Below are positions 14,448-30,547 of a stretch of 64,000 nt of DNA, in pieces. The notes under the pieces are model-generated. The model saw nothing but the letters and a program-made list of their open reading frames with translations. It was not told the DNA's origin and ran no database searches. Numbering within the stretch: the stretch's first letter is position 1; every line of letters starts with the position of its first letter. A program made the translations under genes and the position numbers. This DNA is from Neoechinorhynchus agilis. Its lineage: Eukaryota; Animalia; Acanthocephala. The stretch spans positions 13,618,784 to 13,682,783 of the forward strand of contig CM121341.1 of NCBI GenBank assembly GCA_051530055.1, written 5' to 3'.

Positions 14448-15861
14448 GCGTTTTCTACTAAGTCACATAGGCCTTGGATGTTTAGTTCTGGTCTATGTGG
14501 TGATTGGCGGTTTGTTATTCGATGCTGTAGAATCTACCAATGAGATTCGAGTTAAACAGCGTCAACAACGGAACCGTGAGCGTCTCATTAAGTCTCTGTT
14601 AGACGACGCAGACGCTTTATTTAACCAGTATTTGAACGGAAGTTTCGAGATAAAGTACAAGCATTGGCGTGATTTTCAACGCCGACGAAATTTCGATGAG
14701 AGTTGGCATGTCAATATCAATAAAGACGAGTGGTTTGAAAAGGCTAAACATCGATTGGCCGTTTACGAGCACGAAGAAACTGTGGCTGGTTACAAAGATA
14801 CGAAGGATCAGGAAGAGAAACAAGAGGAGGTGTGGACTATAACTTCGGCGATGTTATACTCAGCTACTGTTATAACAACAATTGGTTGGTATTTACAGGG
14901 ATCCACGTGGATGTCCAAAAAATTGATTCCCCTTCTGCGCTCCATATAGGTTATGGAAATATAACACCAAAAACGGTGGAAGGAAAAATATTGACAATAG
15001 TATACGCTCTGTTCGGGATTCCTTTGATGTTTATTTGCTTGACTAATACTGGCGATCTATTAGCCAATGTGTTCATCGACACCTATAGCAAGATAGTTAA
15101 TCTATTCTGCGTTACATGCTGCAGCGAGCGATTTCGTAGATTGGTTGGATTTTCAGTAGAAAATGTATGTTTTACTGGGACTTTTTTGATATAATACGAC
15201 TCTTTTCTTAAAGGTGAATGAAAAATCATTGTCAGCTGATTATTCTGGCGGGTTTCATGGTCAGCAGCAGAAACAAGAAAAAAAACACGTTCCAATTATA
15301 GCTAGTTTGGGCGCACTGGCTGCTTATATTTTCGGAGGAGCGATATTATTTGGAGCGTGGGAACAATGGCACGTCGTACGTTGTGAATGGCTATTTTCTC
15401 AGGTGGGGAGGGTAGTAAATGCCATTACCACGGACGTAGACGGAGCCTATTTTTGTTTTATAACGTTCACAACGATCGGCTTTGGGGATTTCGTACCAGG
15501 TCAGGGAACTTTAAGTGAAGATAAAGCAGGAAAAATGGTTCTCTGTGCGATATTTTTATTGGTAGGAATGATTGTAATGGCTATGTGCTTTAAACTAATG
15601 CAAGATGAACTTGTTTCAAAAGCAAGAGCACTTGCGAAAAATCTGGGCATTATCGATAGTGAAGATGATGAAAATATCGAAGATCGATCCTACTACAGCA
15701 GCGATCAAGCGAGTGCCGATACTATTGAACACAGGCCTGCCGATAAGAAAGCCACAGAGGAAAGACCGCCTTTACTTCGGATATTTAGATCTCCATTTGG
15801 GAGATCAGAAAAAGATGAAAGTAACGGTGAACGAGTAAACAAACACAAAATGAGCGTGTGA
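14448..15861 (+). CDS. Two-pore-domain potassium channel (K2P/TWIK family); 5' exons probably further upstream (candidate exon 12783-12803)
   Basis: M1 FLLSHIGLGCLVLVYVVIGG, pore 1 TVITTIG|YGNITPKT (GT-AG intron 14885-14949), M2 YALFGIPL, pore 2 YFCFITFTTIGFGDFVPG. Confidence 0.9.
15379..15438 (+). other. 60-nt stem-closed intron candidate in the K2P gene
   Basis: An in-frame 20-codon insert in pore-helix 2. Removal gives WEQWHVV|DGAYF. CGTTGTGAATGGC pairs with GCCATTACCACG, and a CGTA direct repeat flanks it. The GT-AG reading (15380-15439) would change the conserved D to H. Confidence 0.55.
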
Positions 15862-16138
15862 GAGTTTTTATACACAACAAAGCCGTCTAACCTTTCAAAA
15901 GATTCATTCTTTATGTTTGCTTCCAAATCGTATGAAATGTATCCTTTGCATTGTCCGTTGGATGCGATATCGAGATAGCTTTTAAAATGCTCGATATAGT
16001 TAAAAAGCTCTTCGGGTGCTATAGTAAAAAATGGGATCCTGTTTAAAGAATCGAATGTCGTGAAATCACCTATCTCGGTCGATTTTTGATTTATCACGTC
16101 TTTCTTTAGTAATCCCTTTACGAAGGAATTTCCGACAA
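15705..16138 (-). CDS. Unassigned ORF or terminal exon
   Basis: Open frame after a T-rich acceptor (AG at 16140-16139) with ordinary globular composition. No family recognised. Confidence 0.3.
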
Positions 16139-19100
16139 CTAAAAAACAAATGAAATGTTAATTTCGGCATAATGAACAGCAGATGAAAAATAATAAAATG
16201 ACTAAAGACAGATCCAAACTCACTTAAATTTTTGCTATTTGTTCATATTTATATCAAAGAGTAGTGGAAAGTATTCATTGCTCACACTAATAGTACATTT
16301 ATATTATGATTTTTGATCTTGAAACGAAACAATATCCATCAAATTTTATTCGATTAATCAATGAAACCTTAGAAGAAAATTTTGGTTTCTCCAAGTATAT
16401 TACAATGATGCAAAAATATCTTAGACTGAAATCAAGAAATCACGGAAAGATTTTAAAAAATGTTGTTTGTGTAAATACTAAAATAAAACATGCAAGATTT
16501 AAGTCACTTGACATTGAAATTACCGCATTTAACAAAATAAGTTATGCATTAATCATGCAAACACAAGATTCCGAGATTCAATGACTGATCCAGGAGAGTT
16601 GAAAAATACTATTCGCCTACTTCTCTAAAAAAATTCATTTAGAAAAAAGTTATTACGAATCGGTTTAAGAAATCCACGGTTTTTGTGAGTTCAATGTGTG
16701 GAAGCAAAAAGCAACCTGAAGATGTCCGACGAAACGGACGACATATTGAGAATAATAAATCAATCTATATTTTTTTATCACCAAAACATACATATACGTA
16801 TTATTTTTAAGGTAAGGAAAATCAGTAAAATCGATATTTCTAATCATTTTCACGATTGGCCGCTATTTTGCACTTACAGAGATTATTCATAATAAATCGA
16901 GAAACTGTCTCAGAATCCTTGACTGATTTTGAAATACTAGACTCAAACGAAGAGTTTTAAATTTCAAATGGATACCTACGCATCAACACTCATTACTTGA
17001 AGTGTTCTGTAACCATCAGCATTGTATTTTAACCCAGTTCCACATATAATATTATTATGATCGTCTCGCCGCCATCGGAGAGCCAATATAATCACGTAAT
17101 CGTGATCACAAAGAATTATGTTTCCCTAATCAATCATTGGATGGGTTCAATATCAATATTGCCAAGAAAGCATACTCGATCGAAAAGTTCGATGAAGACG
17201 TGATTTACTCGATCACCGGTACCAACAGTCAGTTGAACGATTCGATCAACTCCCAACTGCTTCACACCATGCAATCGCCTGTTCCTGAGATGTTTTCTGA
17301 GCTAAAAAGAACCATTTAATTGTGTTGTTTGCAAAATAAATATTATGGAACAAATCCAAACGTAGCATTATGCTACCCCTTGCACAAGCACTACCCGATA
17401 AGTTCAAGTTTTAAATTGAAGAGCGAATATGAGTGGACTTAAGAAATGACCTTCATTGTGACCATGGACGGAAATTGGTTTTTGGGCCAATTGTAATCTG
17501 TCGAATGGATTCTGCATCCACTTTCAATCAACATCATCGTCGTTTCTTCATGGCTGAATGGTTAAGATTCTCTAAGTATTCGAATAAGTAGCGGGACGCT
17601 ATTACCGTTTAAGTTTAAATAAATAGGTTTTTGGATTAAGATCATAAATTGTTGAAATTATTGAACCAAGACATGACTTTTTTAATTCGCCAATCGATGC
17701 GAGAATGTCAACTGTAGAGAATCGGTTCTTCATCTCGAAATACCGTGATTTAAAAAATAATGTTAGTTTCAACGCGATTTGATATTATTAAATAACGTCT
17801 GAGTCGCAAACAAATCACTATCTTAAATAATTTTAATTCCTGAGTCTTGAATCTAACAATTTTTAAAATAGGGATTATTGATTTCTGAATCGATGCAGCA
17901 AATGGAATTAAGAATCGTCTTGAGTGATTAACATCCAATAAAGAAGTCAAAAATAATGATGTAAACGACAATTGAATTTAAAAATAAGTAACCCGATTAT
18001 CCAAAGATCGCATTACGAATTGCTTCACAATGCGTTACGAGCCTTCCCTACTTTTTTCTGAAGATTTGATAGCTGCCTACTTGAGATAGTTATATGAATC
18101 CCAAATGGGTATAAAATGAAGCTACCTAAATCTTCAACGGTGCACAAGTTTCTATGTTCAAGATGAAGATCAATCTACTGGATTCACCTCAGAATCCTTA
18201 GATAGTGAGTTCTTAGCTGTATCTTTTAAATGACTAGCAAACGGTAAGTTAAACCAAAGGTTAACCAACTTCCTCGCAACGTACACATTGTAGTATAATC
18301 AAACTTTAAGTCCAGAATTAAGACCAGTTGAGTACGAACATGAAGACAAAACACTGCTATGAGCAATAACGGACCTGGAAGAATGCACTCATCGAAGTCA
18401 GAAAATCCTTCGGGGTTTCAGAATCGGAGATGTGGTGATCCATGCCGGCTAATTATTTTCCTTGGGCACACACCCCAACTGATATGGGCTACGGATATGC
18501 ATGAAATCAATTAATACCCTGCCCCTGTTTCAAGGTCAAAGCGTTCAAAATCCACCAGCACCATTGATGTATAACCAAAGTAGACGAAATATCGATGAAA
18601 AAAGAGGAAACTCAATGACGATTCCCGCCTCCCCGGCAGGTATCTAAGGATCCGGAGGGATGTTAAAACTCATAACCGTATTGTTAAGGGTTTTAAGTTA
18701 TTTGAAGCGTTTCCCTGACTCATATTTGTGGGCTGTGTGCTCAAGGAAAAAGTATCAGTCGTGTAAGGGATGCTCACTTCCACACTTAAAAATCTAACCG
18801 GTTAGCCTGACATAAGATAAAAACGTATTTTATTAAAACGATAGATATTTCGCTAGGAAGGCTCTCCTAATCAATCATTTCTTGTAAGAAGAGGCTTCAA
18901 GTTTTCTAATTTCAAGCAATGACTGATAAGGTGAAGCTTCCTTGTGAAAAATTTCACGAATCAAAAACTTTTTATTTGGGTTTATGATCACCACAACTTT
19001 AATTCATCGATGTAGACATTCAGATAAGGCCATTCATTCGTATTTTCTTATGTTGCATAGAGATGTCCTATAAGGACGTAAAAATTATTTGGGAACGTTT

Positions 19101-19403
19101 TATAAAATGATTGCTATTTGGTAGGCGCTATTCTGCCGACCAATGAAAATTAGATGTGATCTTAAATGGCACATATGGCAAGTTTTTAAAGTAACGTAAC
19201 CTTTCCAGCACTAGGCTTTTGACCTGGTCAGTGCGCTGACTTTTCTAGGCGGCTATTACGTCAATCGCGTGATTAAACGAATCACGGCTAAATCGCAGCT
19301 CTAAAACCATTATAAGAAAATTGAGCCAATCGCAGTACGAATATGTGCATTAAATAGAACTCCCTAGTAAAACATTTTGTTTTATTAAAAGTTTTGAGCA
19401 CAA

Positions 19404-19787
19404 TCATCTTTTGCGTCTCGTTTCGTGACGATACACAACTTCGTCCATCTGTGGCGCTGATGGTGCGAATGGATCATTGAAATATCGACTGTTGATTGGT
19501 TGCGGATACTGTGGTTGATGACATTGTGAATGAGGATGGAATCCGTAGGGTGATGTAGGCATCCAGGGTTGTTGCATTTGTGATTGATCAATCGGGAGCA
19601 TCGGCTGTTGGGTATGGTGGTGATGGTGTGCCATTGGGATGCCTTGATGTAATCCGTTGAAACCAAGTGGATACTGCATATGGTTTGGTTGGAATTGCAT
19701 GAAATTCCTTTCAGGTCCTGCAGGTGGGTACCTAGTTGACTGGTCGACATTCGGAGATTGACGATGGGTCCGGTTGCTATTTCCCAT
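19404..19787 (-). CDS. Pro/Gln/His-rich low-complexity protein or exon
   Basis: 127-aa ATG-initiated ORF, more GC-rich than its flanks, with HHHHH and PQYPQP tracts. No family recognised. Confidence 0.4.
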   Translation of the reverse strand: MGNSNRTHRQSPNVDQSTRYPPAGPERNFMQFQPNHMQYPLGFNGLHQGIPMAHHHHHTQQPMLPIDQSQMQQPWMPTSPYGFHPHSQCHQPQYPQPINSRYFNDPFAPSAPQMDEVVYRHETRRKR

Positions 19788-20785
19788 TGCTAAGATTTTT
19801 AGTTGTGATGTTGCAGTGAGTGAAGGACGTTTGGTTTTCTTAAGTTATACCACATATTCCCGATGAGTCATGGTGAGGTCTCGTGGAGAGGTTGTATGGG
19901 AACATCGCCAGTGTGGGTAATGTGTCTTTTTACTCGCCTTACTTGGAAGTTTAGCATTCTACAAATACATACACATAATTTGTCATTGTTAGTGACGAAG
20001 GAAGTCAGTGTTGGGCACGTTGTCCTCCACATTTTTCGAACCGTCAACACATCCAGAAAAATTAAATAGATTAAAATGGAAAACGTGCGTCTAAATGGCT
20101 ATGTTTTCTTGAATAAACTGCGAAAACGTTGACCTACTTTCGACAAACTGTCTAGTTGAAGCCTTTTAGTTTAAATTCGAGTTATCAAAGTTAATTCTCA
20201 GGAAAACGGACTCATGAAAGCGTTTTATCAGTGATCATCATCCGCAAATTCTTAATTTTGGTGGGCGAACCATTTTTTATTCGAATAAATCTAATTCACG
20301 GAAAAAATGTGTCTTCAATTTAAAACCCCTGCTGCTACTTATTCTAGCTTCTTTTAAAGTATTATTGCGTCGTTTCAACTGGGATTTCGCTCTAACTTAG
20401 TAGAACAGCCTTAAGCTCTCCCTTTAAATTTTTGTTTTTGGACTGAACTTCAATCAAGGATTTGATTGATATTTTAGATTACGTGAATCCAAAAAAGTCT
20501 GCAAAAATCAATGTATCTTTAAATGATTTTAATTCCAATACAGCTCGAATAATTCTGGTAGTAATAAAAATTCCGATTCCGATTATATTTACTTTCTGCA
20601 AAAATTTTAGCACATTTTTCCTATCCTCTAAGTGGTATTCTTAAATTTGAAATTTCCTACCTTTTTCTTTGTCTAATAATATTTCCACATATTAGTGCTG
20701 CCACCGAATTTCTTCAGCGCATTCGACCGATACACGCCTTTTTAGTTTTTTATTCACAACCTCTCAAACAACAATCGAATTAAAC

Positions 20786-21259
20786 TTACTCAAGATCAAT
20801 TATTTGTAGCATTTGAACAAAATCTTCGAATCCAACATGACCATCCCTATCAATGTCCATCTCTGTAATCATAGAATTCAATTCTTGATCGCTGATACTC
20901 TCACCGAGATCGGTCGCAATCTCTTTCAATGTATCGAAGTCGATTTTCCCCGTTGGACGCCCCTTACCTACGAACAAGCTAAAGGCCCTTTTTGCACTTT
21001 CCATAGCCTTATTCGTATCATCAAGTTTTTTTTCAATGATTTTCACAAGGCATTCTTCGGTGATCCGGATGGGCGATATCTTATTTACAACTGGTCCTAA
21101 GGCTGAATCAATCACGCTTGTTACGTCATCGCTTGTTGGTTCATATCCAAATGATCTTAAGACGATTTTTAGTGAGCGAGGACATATGTAACCCTGATTA
21201 TCTGGATCGAGACGCTTGAACAATTCGTGGCATTGTTTTACTTTGTCTTCTGGAAGCAT
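20786..21259 (-). CDS. Centrin-like EF-hand protein (intronless; likely start MLPEDKVKQ)
   Basis: EF-hand loops DPDNQGYI and DIDRDGHVGFEDF, plus a centrin-type GKIDFDTLKEIATDLGESISDQEL segment. Confidence 0.8.
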   Translation of the reverse strand: MLPEDKVKQCHELFKRLDPDNQGYICPRSLKIVLRSFGYEPTSDDVTSVIDSALGPVVNKISPIRITEECLVKIIEKKLDDTNKAMESAKRAFSLFVGKGRPTGKIDFDTLKEIATDLGESISDQELNSMITEMDIDRDGHVGFEDFVQMLQIIDLE

Positions 21260-22176
21260 GAGTTCGATAAGTGCGGCAAATGTGCGTGTGTGCGCGTTGC
21301 GCTCTACTAAGAAAAAGGGAGTATTGATTTTTGTGTTTCGCAACACGCAAATGATTTTGTTGTCGGTACTAGGAAAAACATTGTGAGTTTCGTGATTCAT
21401 CCTAAAAAAATTACTCGTGGTCATCGATAATGAGGTATCAGGATCGAACCTTGCTACTAGTGTTATCAGGAAGCGATGAAGTCCGTTTTATTCCGCACTG
21501 CCGACAATTAAATAATTTCTTTAGGTCCACAGTTCGAACTGGATATCCTCTCGGTAATCAGTGTCTTCTACTTTAAAACAATGACTGACGCAGCCTACTC
21601 TCTAGCGAAATATCTCTCAATAAAATATGTATTATTCGGAGGGTGAATATATGATCACCACTTATTTAATCATACCTTTCAAACTAAATGACGTCATAAT
21701 AGAAGGCAATGGAAGAAACTTTAAAGTTACACAATACCGGTTAACGACATGCTTGTGTATAGCGGAAAATTGAAGGAATTTTTCCAAATCCGATATTTCG
21801 AAGGCACAATAACGTGTTTTTATCAAGGTTGCTTAAGTGTTTTATTTTTTACAATCACTATACTTCTTTTTCATGTGATGTCACAAAACGTGGATGCGAG
21901 TAGTCGCCGTTTCACGCCTTCTCGTCAATCAATGCACCGTCGTATCAACGGCCCCATGTAATTCAGCTGAAATGTGATAAAATGTAAAAATAATGATTCT
22001 CAGATTCATCGCTCATCTTGTCATTGAGAATAGCGCTCAATTTTTAAAGTTACGTCATCGACATTACGAATTTCGCACGAAAGAAACTTAGCACGGTCTC
22101 TATAGAAACATCTCAGTATCCACGTTCTTTGACTTTTTGTGACTGGTGTTTACTGGCTCTTGCTTAAGATTTCAGA

Positions 22177-24704
<2,528 letters not shown>

Positions 24705-25459
24705 TCGATGTGTCTTTGAGAATAAAACAGACATTTGGTGTCCAGAAGACGTTTGAGTTTCGTTTTTAAAATTGCGGACTTTGCGTGTTTTTGTACAACT
24801 GAGGCCGAGTTCTTAAAATTCTAGATACCATGAAAAAACGACTTAAACATGAGAATGATGAAGATATGTTGCTCAGACTTGTGTTGATGTCGGCTTTCTA
24901 TTTAAAGGAAGACTCATAATTTCGGCTGCTTAATGTTCGTGGCAACTTTATTGATCATCGTTTCTTAAGTTTATTTGATTCGTGCTAAAAGCGACTTAAA
25001 CTTGAGCATAAGTTCGTAGATATAAGTGTGTTAACCTATAATACTGGCGCTAGATATTTTGCCATCCTTTAATGTAAATCTTGACTTAATTTTCATTTCT
25101 TCGCTTCGCTATTATTCAACCGCTTCCATCAATAATCTTTTCTAGAAGCTTTACTTGGTTTTTTAGTGAAATGCGAATTCTTGGCAAATTTTGCCGCTGA
25201 TTCGAAAGCTTCTCGGAATGGAAGGAACTTTGAGACATACGTTATTGTGACAAAACCATTCAAAATACGTTAGAATTCACAACCGTGGTTTAAATAATTT
25301 AGCAATGCTCTTAAGTGATTGCTCGCTCTTTGGTAACTATAGGTCGACGGTTGATCGCATGGTAGAATTTTTTCGTGGCGTTTAAATTCAATGGGACGTT
25401 CAATTTTTACATAAAGTCCGAAAGACTTAAAAAATTTAAAGTAATTATTTATTTTTGAT

Positions 25460-26720
25460 CAGAATGTTGACGGGATAGCCGTAGGTGAGAGAGGGTAAGA
25501 TAAAGCTATAGTAAAATTTGGAGAAATTGGGCGAATAAACTCCTAAATGGCGCAGGCGTTTGAGGAGGTAAATTTTTAAGGTATATGTGCGAGTCCAGAT
25601 TCAGATTTGATTAAAATTGGAGACCCAGCATTCTGAGGGAGATGACTCGTTGGATGTCATTAGGAAGATTGGGGGTAGGATATTGGATTGTGAGAGAGTG
25701 AGGAGATCAACTCGAAGCATTTGGAGAAATTCAGGTATAGTTTGTGATTGGTGCAGGAATCGTTGACGTGGAAAATTTATTAGACGTTAAGGAGAGGGAG
25801 AGATGTGAGGGTGAGATCATGGGCGTATAAAAGAAGTTTAGAATTGAAAATTTTAAAAAGAAGTGGTGGCAGGACAGCTCGTTGAGCTACGCCTTTGATA
25901 AGGGATTGGATCATCGAGGATGTAGCCCGGCAATGAATGTATTTTTGGCGATTGTGCTGATAAGAGATCAGCTAGTGGATCTGCCACGAATTTAGACCGA
26001 AATCGGAGCAGGCCGTGAGGAGTAGTGAATGGTCTAAGGAGTCGAATGCTCTCGCCAAGTCCATTTGAATGAGACGGGTGGTGTGAGAGGGATTATTGTC
26101 GAGGTTGCGTAGGAGCGTGGCGTATGCTCATAAGTATAAAAGGCGAGTTTTGAAACAATTTTCCGTAATTTTTGAAAGACCGGGCCAAATGGTTATTATA
26201 TGGAATGATTCGGTGGATATCGGATGTCCATTTTTCAGAAAAGGTTATTTTAGAATGTTTTAGAGATGAGGGATGGATATGCCATATAAAAAGTTGCGAT
26301 TTATAATGAGGGTAAGAGAGTATATGAGTTCGGGGATGATGCATCGAAGAATCCAGTTTGAGATTTCGACTTAAAAAGACGAATTTCGAGGTAGTTTCTT
26401 GAGATGTTGTAAGACTTCATATGACGAAACTGAGTGGAGTATTGGGGAATCGACAGAAGTGTCAGTTGTGTTAGTGATAGTTTGTGCGGAGTCTGAGATG
26501 GGGAAATAATTGAAATTTAAGTCAGGGCAGTATTTATGATTGATGGAGTCTAGGACATGTTTCAGTTCAGAAGAAGACAAGTTTGAGAAGGAATGAGGGC
26601 TGCGTAACCATGATAATTTTAGAATAAAAGTAAGAAACTTGTGGATTGATTTACTGTGTGATTTTGTATCATTGAAAAATAAAATTATCACTTTTATTTC
26701 CATTCTTGCTCGATTCAATA
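25460..26720 (-). mobile_element. Degraded APE-type non-LTR retrotransposon RT remnant (same type as 57.1-60.8 kb)
   Basis: The minus strand encodes broken RT-region peptides (LLLYAHDL for FLYADDL; SSYEVLQHLKKLPRNSS), with strong purine/pyrimidine skew. Confidence 0.65.
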
Positions 26721-26749
26721 AAATTACTCAAAATAAATAGCGATTCGCT

Positions 26750-27960
26750 TTAAATAAATTTTTGTGCGTTCTTCAAATGTGTGTATCCTACAAAATTCCC
26801 TTCTGCGAAGTACAGTCTATGGTTACAGAAAAGAAATTTCCATGTTAGCAGTGTGACTCACAGCGTTTCAATGAAAATAAAATTCGTGAAATGAACGCGT
26901 CGATATGAATCCCATGGAACTTGGTTATCACTCCAAAAACTTTCAGGTAAAGCAAGCGATTGTTTTTCTTGAAAAGATAAGGAGACATTAAGGCACGATT
27001 TCAATTTAAGCCCTCACCGAAGCCACAGAAATTCAAGGCGACAAAAATCCTCCAAGAATCACGACGGGTTATTTTTAAGTCACTGAATAAACTCGAAACC
27101 GAATTGTACCTCGTTATGGATTCGAATGTATTTCGTAAAGCACTAATTAATCTGGAGTATATTAAAGATAAAATTGTCCTCCTTATTCAATGGGTATCCC
27201 CCTTAGGTAAGCAAAATACCTAAAATAATATTTACATACCGTATTTAAAATTTAGTTGCCAAGATTGCATCAACTGTTAGTTTTGGAGCAGATGATGGCG
27301 ACAGTTATGAAGTTCATAGAAAGATTATAAAGCGGTTCAAGGCGACGACGCATAATATTATACTGTTTTTAAGAAAATAAGTGTTCATGCGATTTTGGGA
27401 GCAATCAATGGTTTTAACATTCTTATGCGTGGTTCAGCCGGTAGTTTTATGGTCGATATGTACAAGATTATTCTTATACATATCGATGGCAATCAATGGT
27501 GTTTTCTATTTCGAAGATTTTTCCGGTGTTCGAGTCTTAAATTTGTTATAAATTCTCTAATTCGTCTTTAAGAAGCACTAACATAATTTCCGTTTTAAGG
27601 TGCTGATCATTTTCACAGTTCCCATTCGATCAGGAAATTAAATAGATAAATTCTACGTACTCTTAATGGGTTTAAACAAAATTTACAAGCATAATAAAAA
27701 AAGGGCAAAATAAACATAATAATAACGGGCACTCCTTTGATGTATTCGGTTTCATTTGATCAGATGAAGGTATTCGGCCGATAGGGTCGTTTAATTCGCT
27801 AGCCGTGGGTGCACAATACTTCTTACAAACTTGAATGCAGTTCACTGCTAGAGAAATAATATCCTCCAAATCGAATCGATATCGATGAAAAACTTATTGG
27901 TCAAATAATTCTCACTGATAAATTTTCGTTTTCTGGATTATTTGGAATTAGTTTAAATCA
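26750..27960. repeat. AT-rich segment duplicated at about 37130-38360
   Basis: Colinear near-identity (e.g. CTTCAAATGTGTGTATC, GTTGCCAAGATTGCATCAACTG) with copy-specific insertions. Confidence 0.8.
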
Positions 27961-28114
27961 GCGATGTTTGATTTAGAAAATAGATTTATCTTGAAATTTT
28001 TCGGCCTTTTCGTTGGCCTTTTTCAGTCAATCTACAATTTAAAAGAAGCATGGTCAAATAGTTTATCCGATGGGACTAGCAGACTGAGTTTGTAGTCGGC
28101 TTTGTTGCCAACAA

Positions 28115-28540
28115 AAGTACCTATTTGCTTTAGCGGAGCTATATATGAGAACATGGGAAGATAAATACTTGTCTAAATTGAATGGTGTGAATCTCTGGCT
28201 AAGATATGTGGATGATACGTTCATTATCCTAGATCCCAATAGGAGTTCAGCGATACAACTTGTCAAAGAGCTGAAAATGGACAATGTAAGAGGAGGAAAA
28301 TAATAATTTACCTTTTTTGGACGTACGAGTAACACGCATTCAGAGCAATGGCTTCATGACATCGGTTTATAGAAAGCATGGTGCTCCACATATGGTGGTC
28401 CCACGGATCTCTGCTCAACCGATCAAATACATATTGGCAAGAGTCAAATCGATGTTCATCAGAGCATTTCGGTATTGTCCGGATGATGTACGTGGATACC
28501 CAAGGAGGTACATTGAGAAATGCACGAAGACGGCTCCTGG
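28115..28540 (+). mobile_element. Penelope-like element RT remnant
   Basis: ALAELYMRTWE, WLRYVDDTF and TSVYRK peptides, colinear with the PLE at 55.2-56.8 kb. Confidence 0.7.
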
Positions 28541-30431
28541 ACATTGATTTCCACATGCAGCTACGAAGTTGTCAAACGTTTTCTTCCAATATTTGTATTC
28601 ACGTTAAGACGAAGGAGCAGTCGGTTCGATCGTTAGTTTTTCCGGACAAACTTCAATGTTTGATACGTTTCGTCAGTTCAAACGTATATGAAATGATGGC
28701 GGACCAACCCGATTTTGATAAGGCGATTGCGATCTTGGACAAAGCATACATTAAGGAGGCGAATTCAATTTTTTCCAGAAGCAACCATCTCAGTCAATCG
28801 ACGAGTTCGTCCGAGAACTAAACTGCATAAGCCGAAACTGTCAGTTAACGGACGTGACCGCTGAGCAATACCGACTAGAACTCATTCGCGATGCTTTTGT
28901 TAGTGGGATTTCATCCCCCGTAATTCGTCAACGCCTTCTGGAACATCATGCTCTAAGTTTGACCCAAGCGATCGACATAGCGAAGTCTCTAGATACAGCT
29001 CAGCGAAACGCTGAAATTTATGACCGTCAAGCACCGCCTATTGCAGCTTATGTCGAAGCTTCTCCATCGATTTCGCACCAGAAGCCTGAAACGGAGGATA
29101 TGGAAATAGCTGCCGCCATAAAGTCAAAAAAGTGCTTGTTGTGCGGTTTTGATTTGCATCCAAGATCTCGTTGTCCTGCCAGAAAGTCTAAGTGTTCGAA
29201 ATGCGGAAAAATAGGCCATTGGGGAAGCAGCCGGAGGACACCTCCGCTACTATGTTTCTATGCGCCAGCGACGAGCTTGCAGATCCAAACAATCGAATGT
29301 TCCTTATTGACGTGTAGTTCGAGCAACTTTATTAGCGATAAGGTTGCCATGAATCTGGGACTAAAAACGATTGCATCGGAAGGTATAGTCAAGCTGGCTG
29401 CAACAAGTCAACAGATTCGAATCAAAGGCAAATGTCTCGTCGACATTCTTGTGGAAAATCGAACTTATCATGCTGTCAAATTCAGTGTGTTGGAGGACCT
29501 TTGTACGGACGTCATACTCGGTCTAGAATTTCAAAAACTCCACAGAAGCATTCGTTTTGTCTATAATGGTTCCAAAGATGAATTGACAATCAGGCCCCTA
29601 TCAGACTGTTGCAACTTGATCAAAGCTGATATGTTGGAAACCCCATTGTTTAACTCGATCCTTCGGAATATTAAGCCTGTTGTGACCAAATCGCGAATGT
29701 TTAGCGTTGAAGACCGTTCGTTTATCGATGGTGAAGTAAAAAGGTTACTTTATGCAGGCGTGATAGAACCTAGTCGATCTCCGTGGAGATCTCAGATTGT
29801 AGTCGTCAAAAGCGACTCGAATTCAGGCAAGAAGCGATTAGTTATTGATTATTCGCAGACTATCAATAGATTTACTTCGTTAGACGCATACCCATTGCCT
29901 AACCTTCACCAGCTTATTAATACCATCGCTCAATACCGCGTATTTTCTACCTTCCACTTAAAAAGTGCGTATCATCAAATCGGCATACCTGCTTCCGAAA
30001 GACGGTACACCGCTTTCGAAGCGAATGGTAATCTTTACCAATTTACGCGTATACCTTTTGGCGTTACAAACGGTGTCGCCGCATTTAAAAGGGCGATGGA
30101 TAATATGATTAAGGAAGAGAATTTGGAGGGTACGATTTCATATCTAGATAATGTTACTGTAGCAGGTAAATTACAGGAGTAACACGACTCGAATGTAAAG
30201 CTCTTTATGGAAGCTGTCGAGAAACGGAAGTTGACTTTGAATCATTCCAAAACTATATCGACGGTCCAATCTATCAATCTAATGGGTTACAACATCTGCA
30301 ATGGAAAGATTCGGCCCGATCCGGAAAGACTACGCCCCTTATTTGAAATGCCTATTCCTTCTGATTCAAAAAGCCTAGCTCGAGTGCTCGGAATGTTGGC
30401 CTATTACTCAAAGTGGATCCAGGACTTTTCA
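28520..30431 (+). mobile_element. Ty3/gypsy LTR retrotransposon internal region (gag, degenerate protease, RT), truncated at both ends
   Basis: gag IRDAFVSGISSPVIRQRLLE, CCHC knuckles CLLCGFDLHPRSRC and CSKCGKIGHW, RT SPWRSQIVVV, RLVIDYSQTIN, FTRIPFGVTNG, YLDNV. Premature stops are present. Confidence 0.9.
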
Positions 30432-30547
30432 CGACACGTGACCAGCCGGCTTACTACTCTACACGTACAGATTCTGCTTTATATATTAGAAAATATTAAG
30501 ACACATTCCTACATTGAAAAACCGGAAATTCAATCGACATTTCAAAA

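Noticed and set aside
21420-21530. tRNA or Pol III gene (GGTTCGATCC B-box-like motif on the minus strand)
   Set aside because: No cloverleaf stems could be built, and the A-box match is weak.
27654-27920. Insertion with an 8-bp GATAAATT duplication (hAT-like)
   Set aside because: There are no terminal inverted repeats, and a microhomology-mediated deletion in the other copy explains it equally well.
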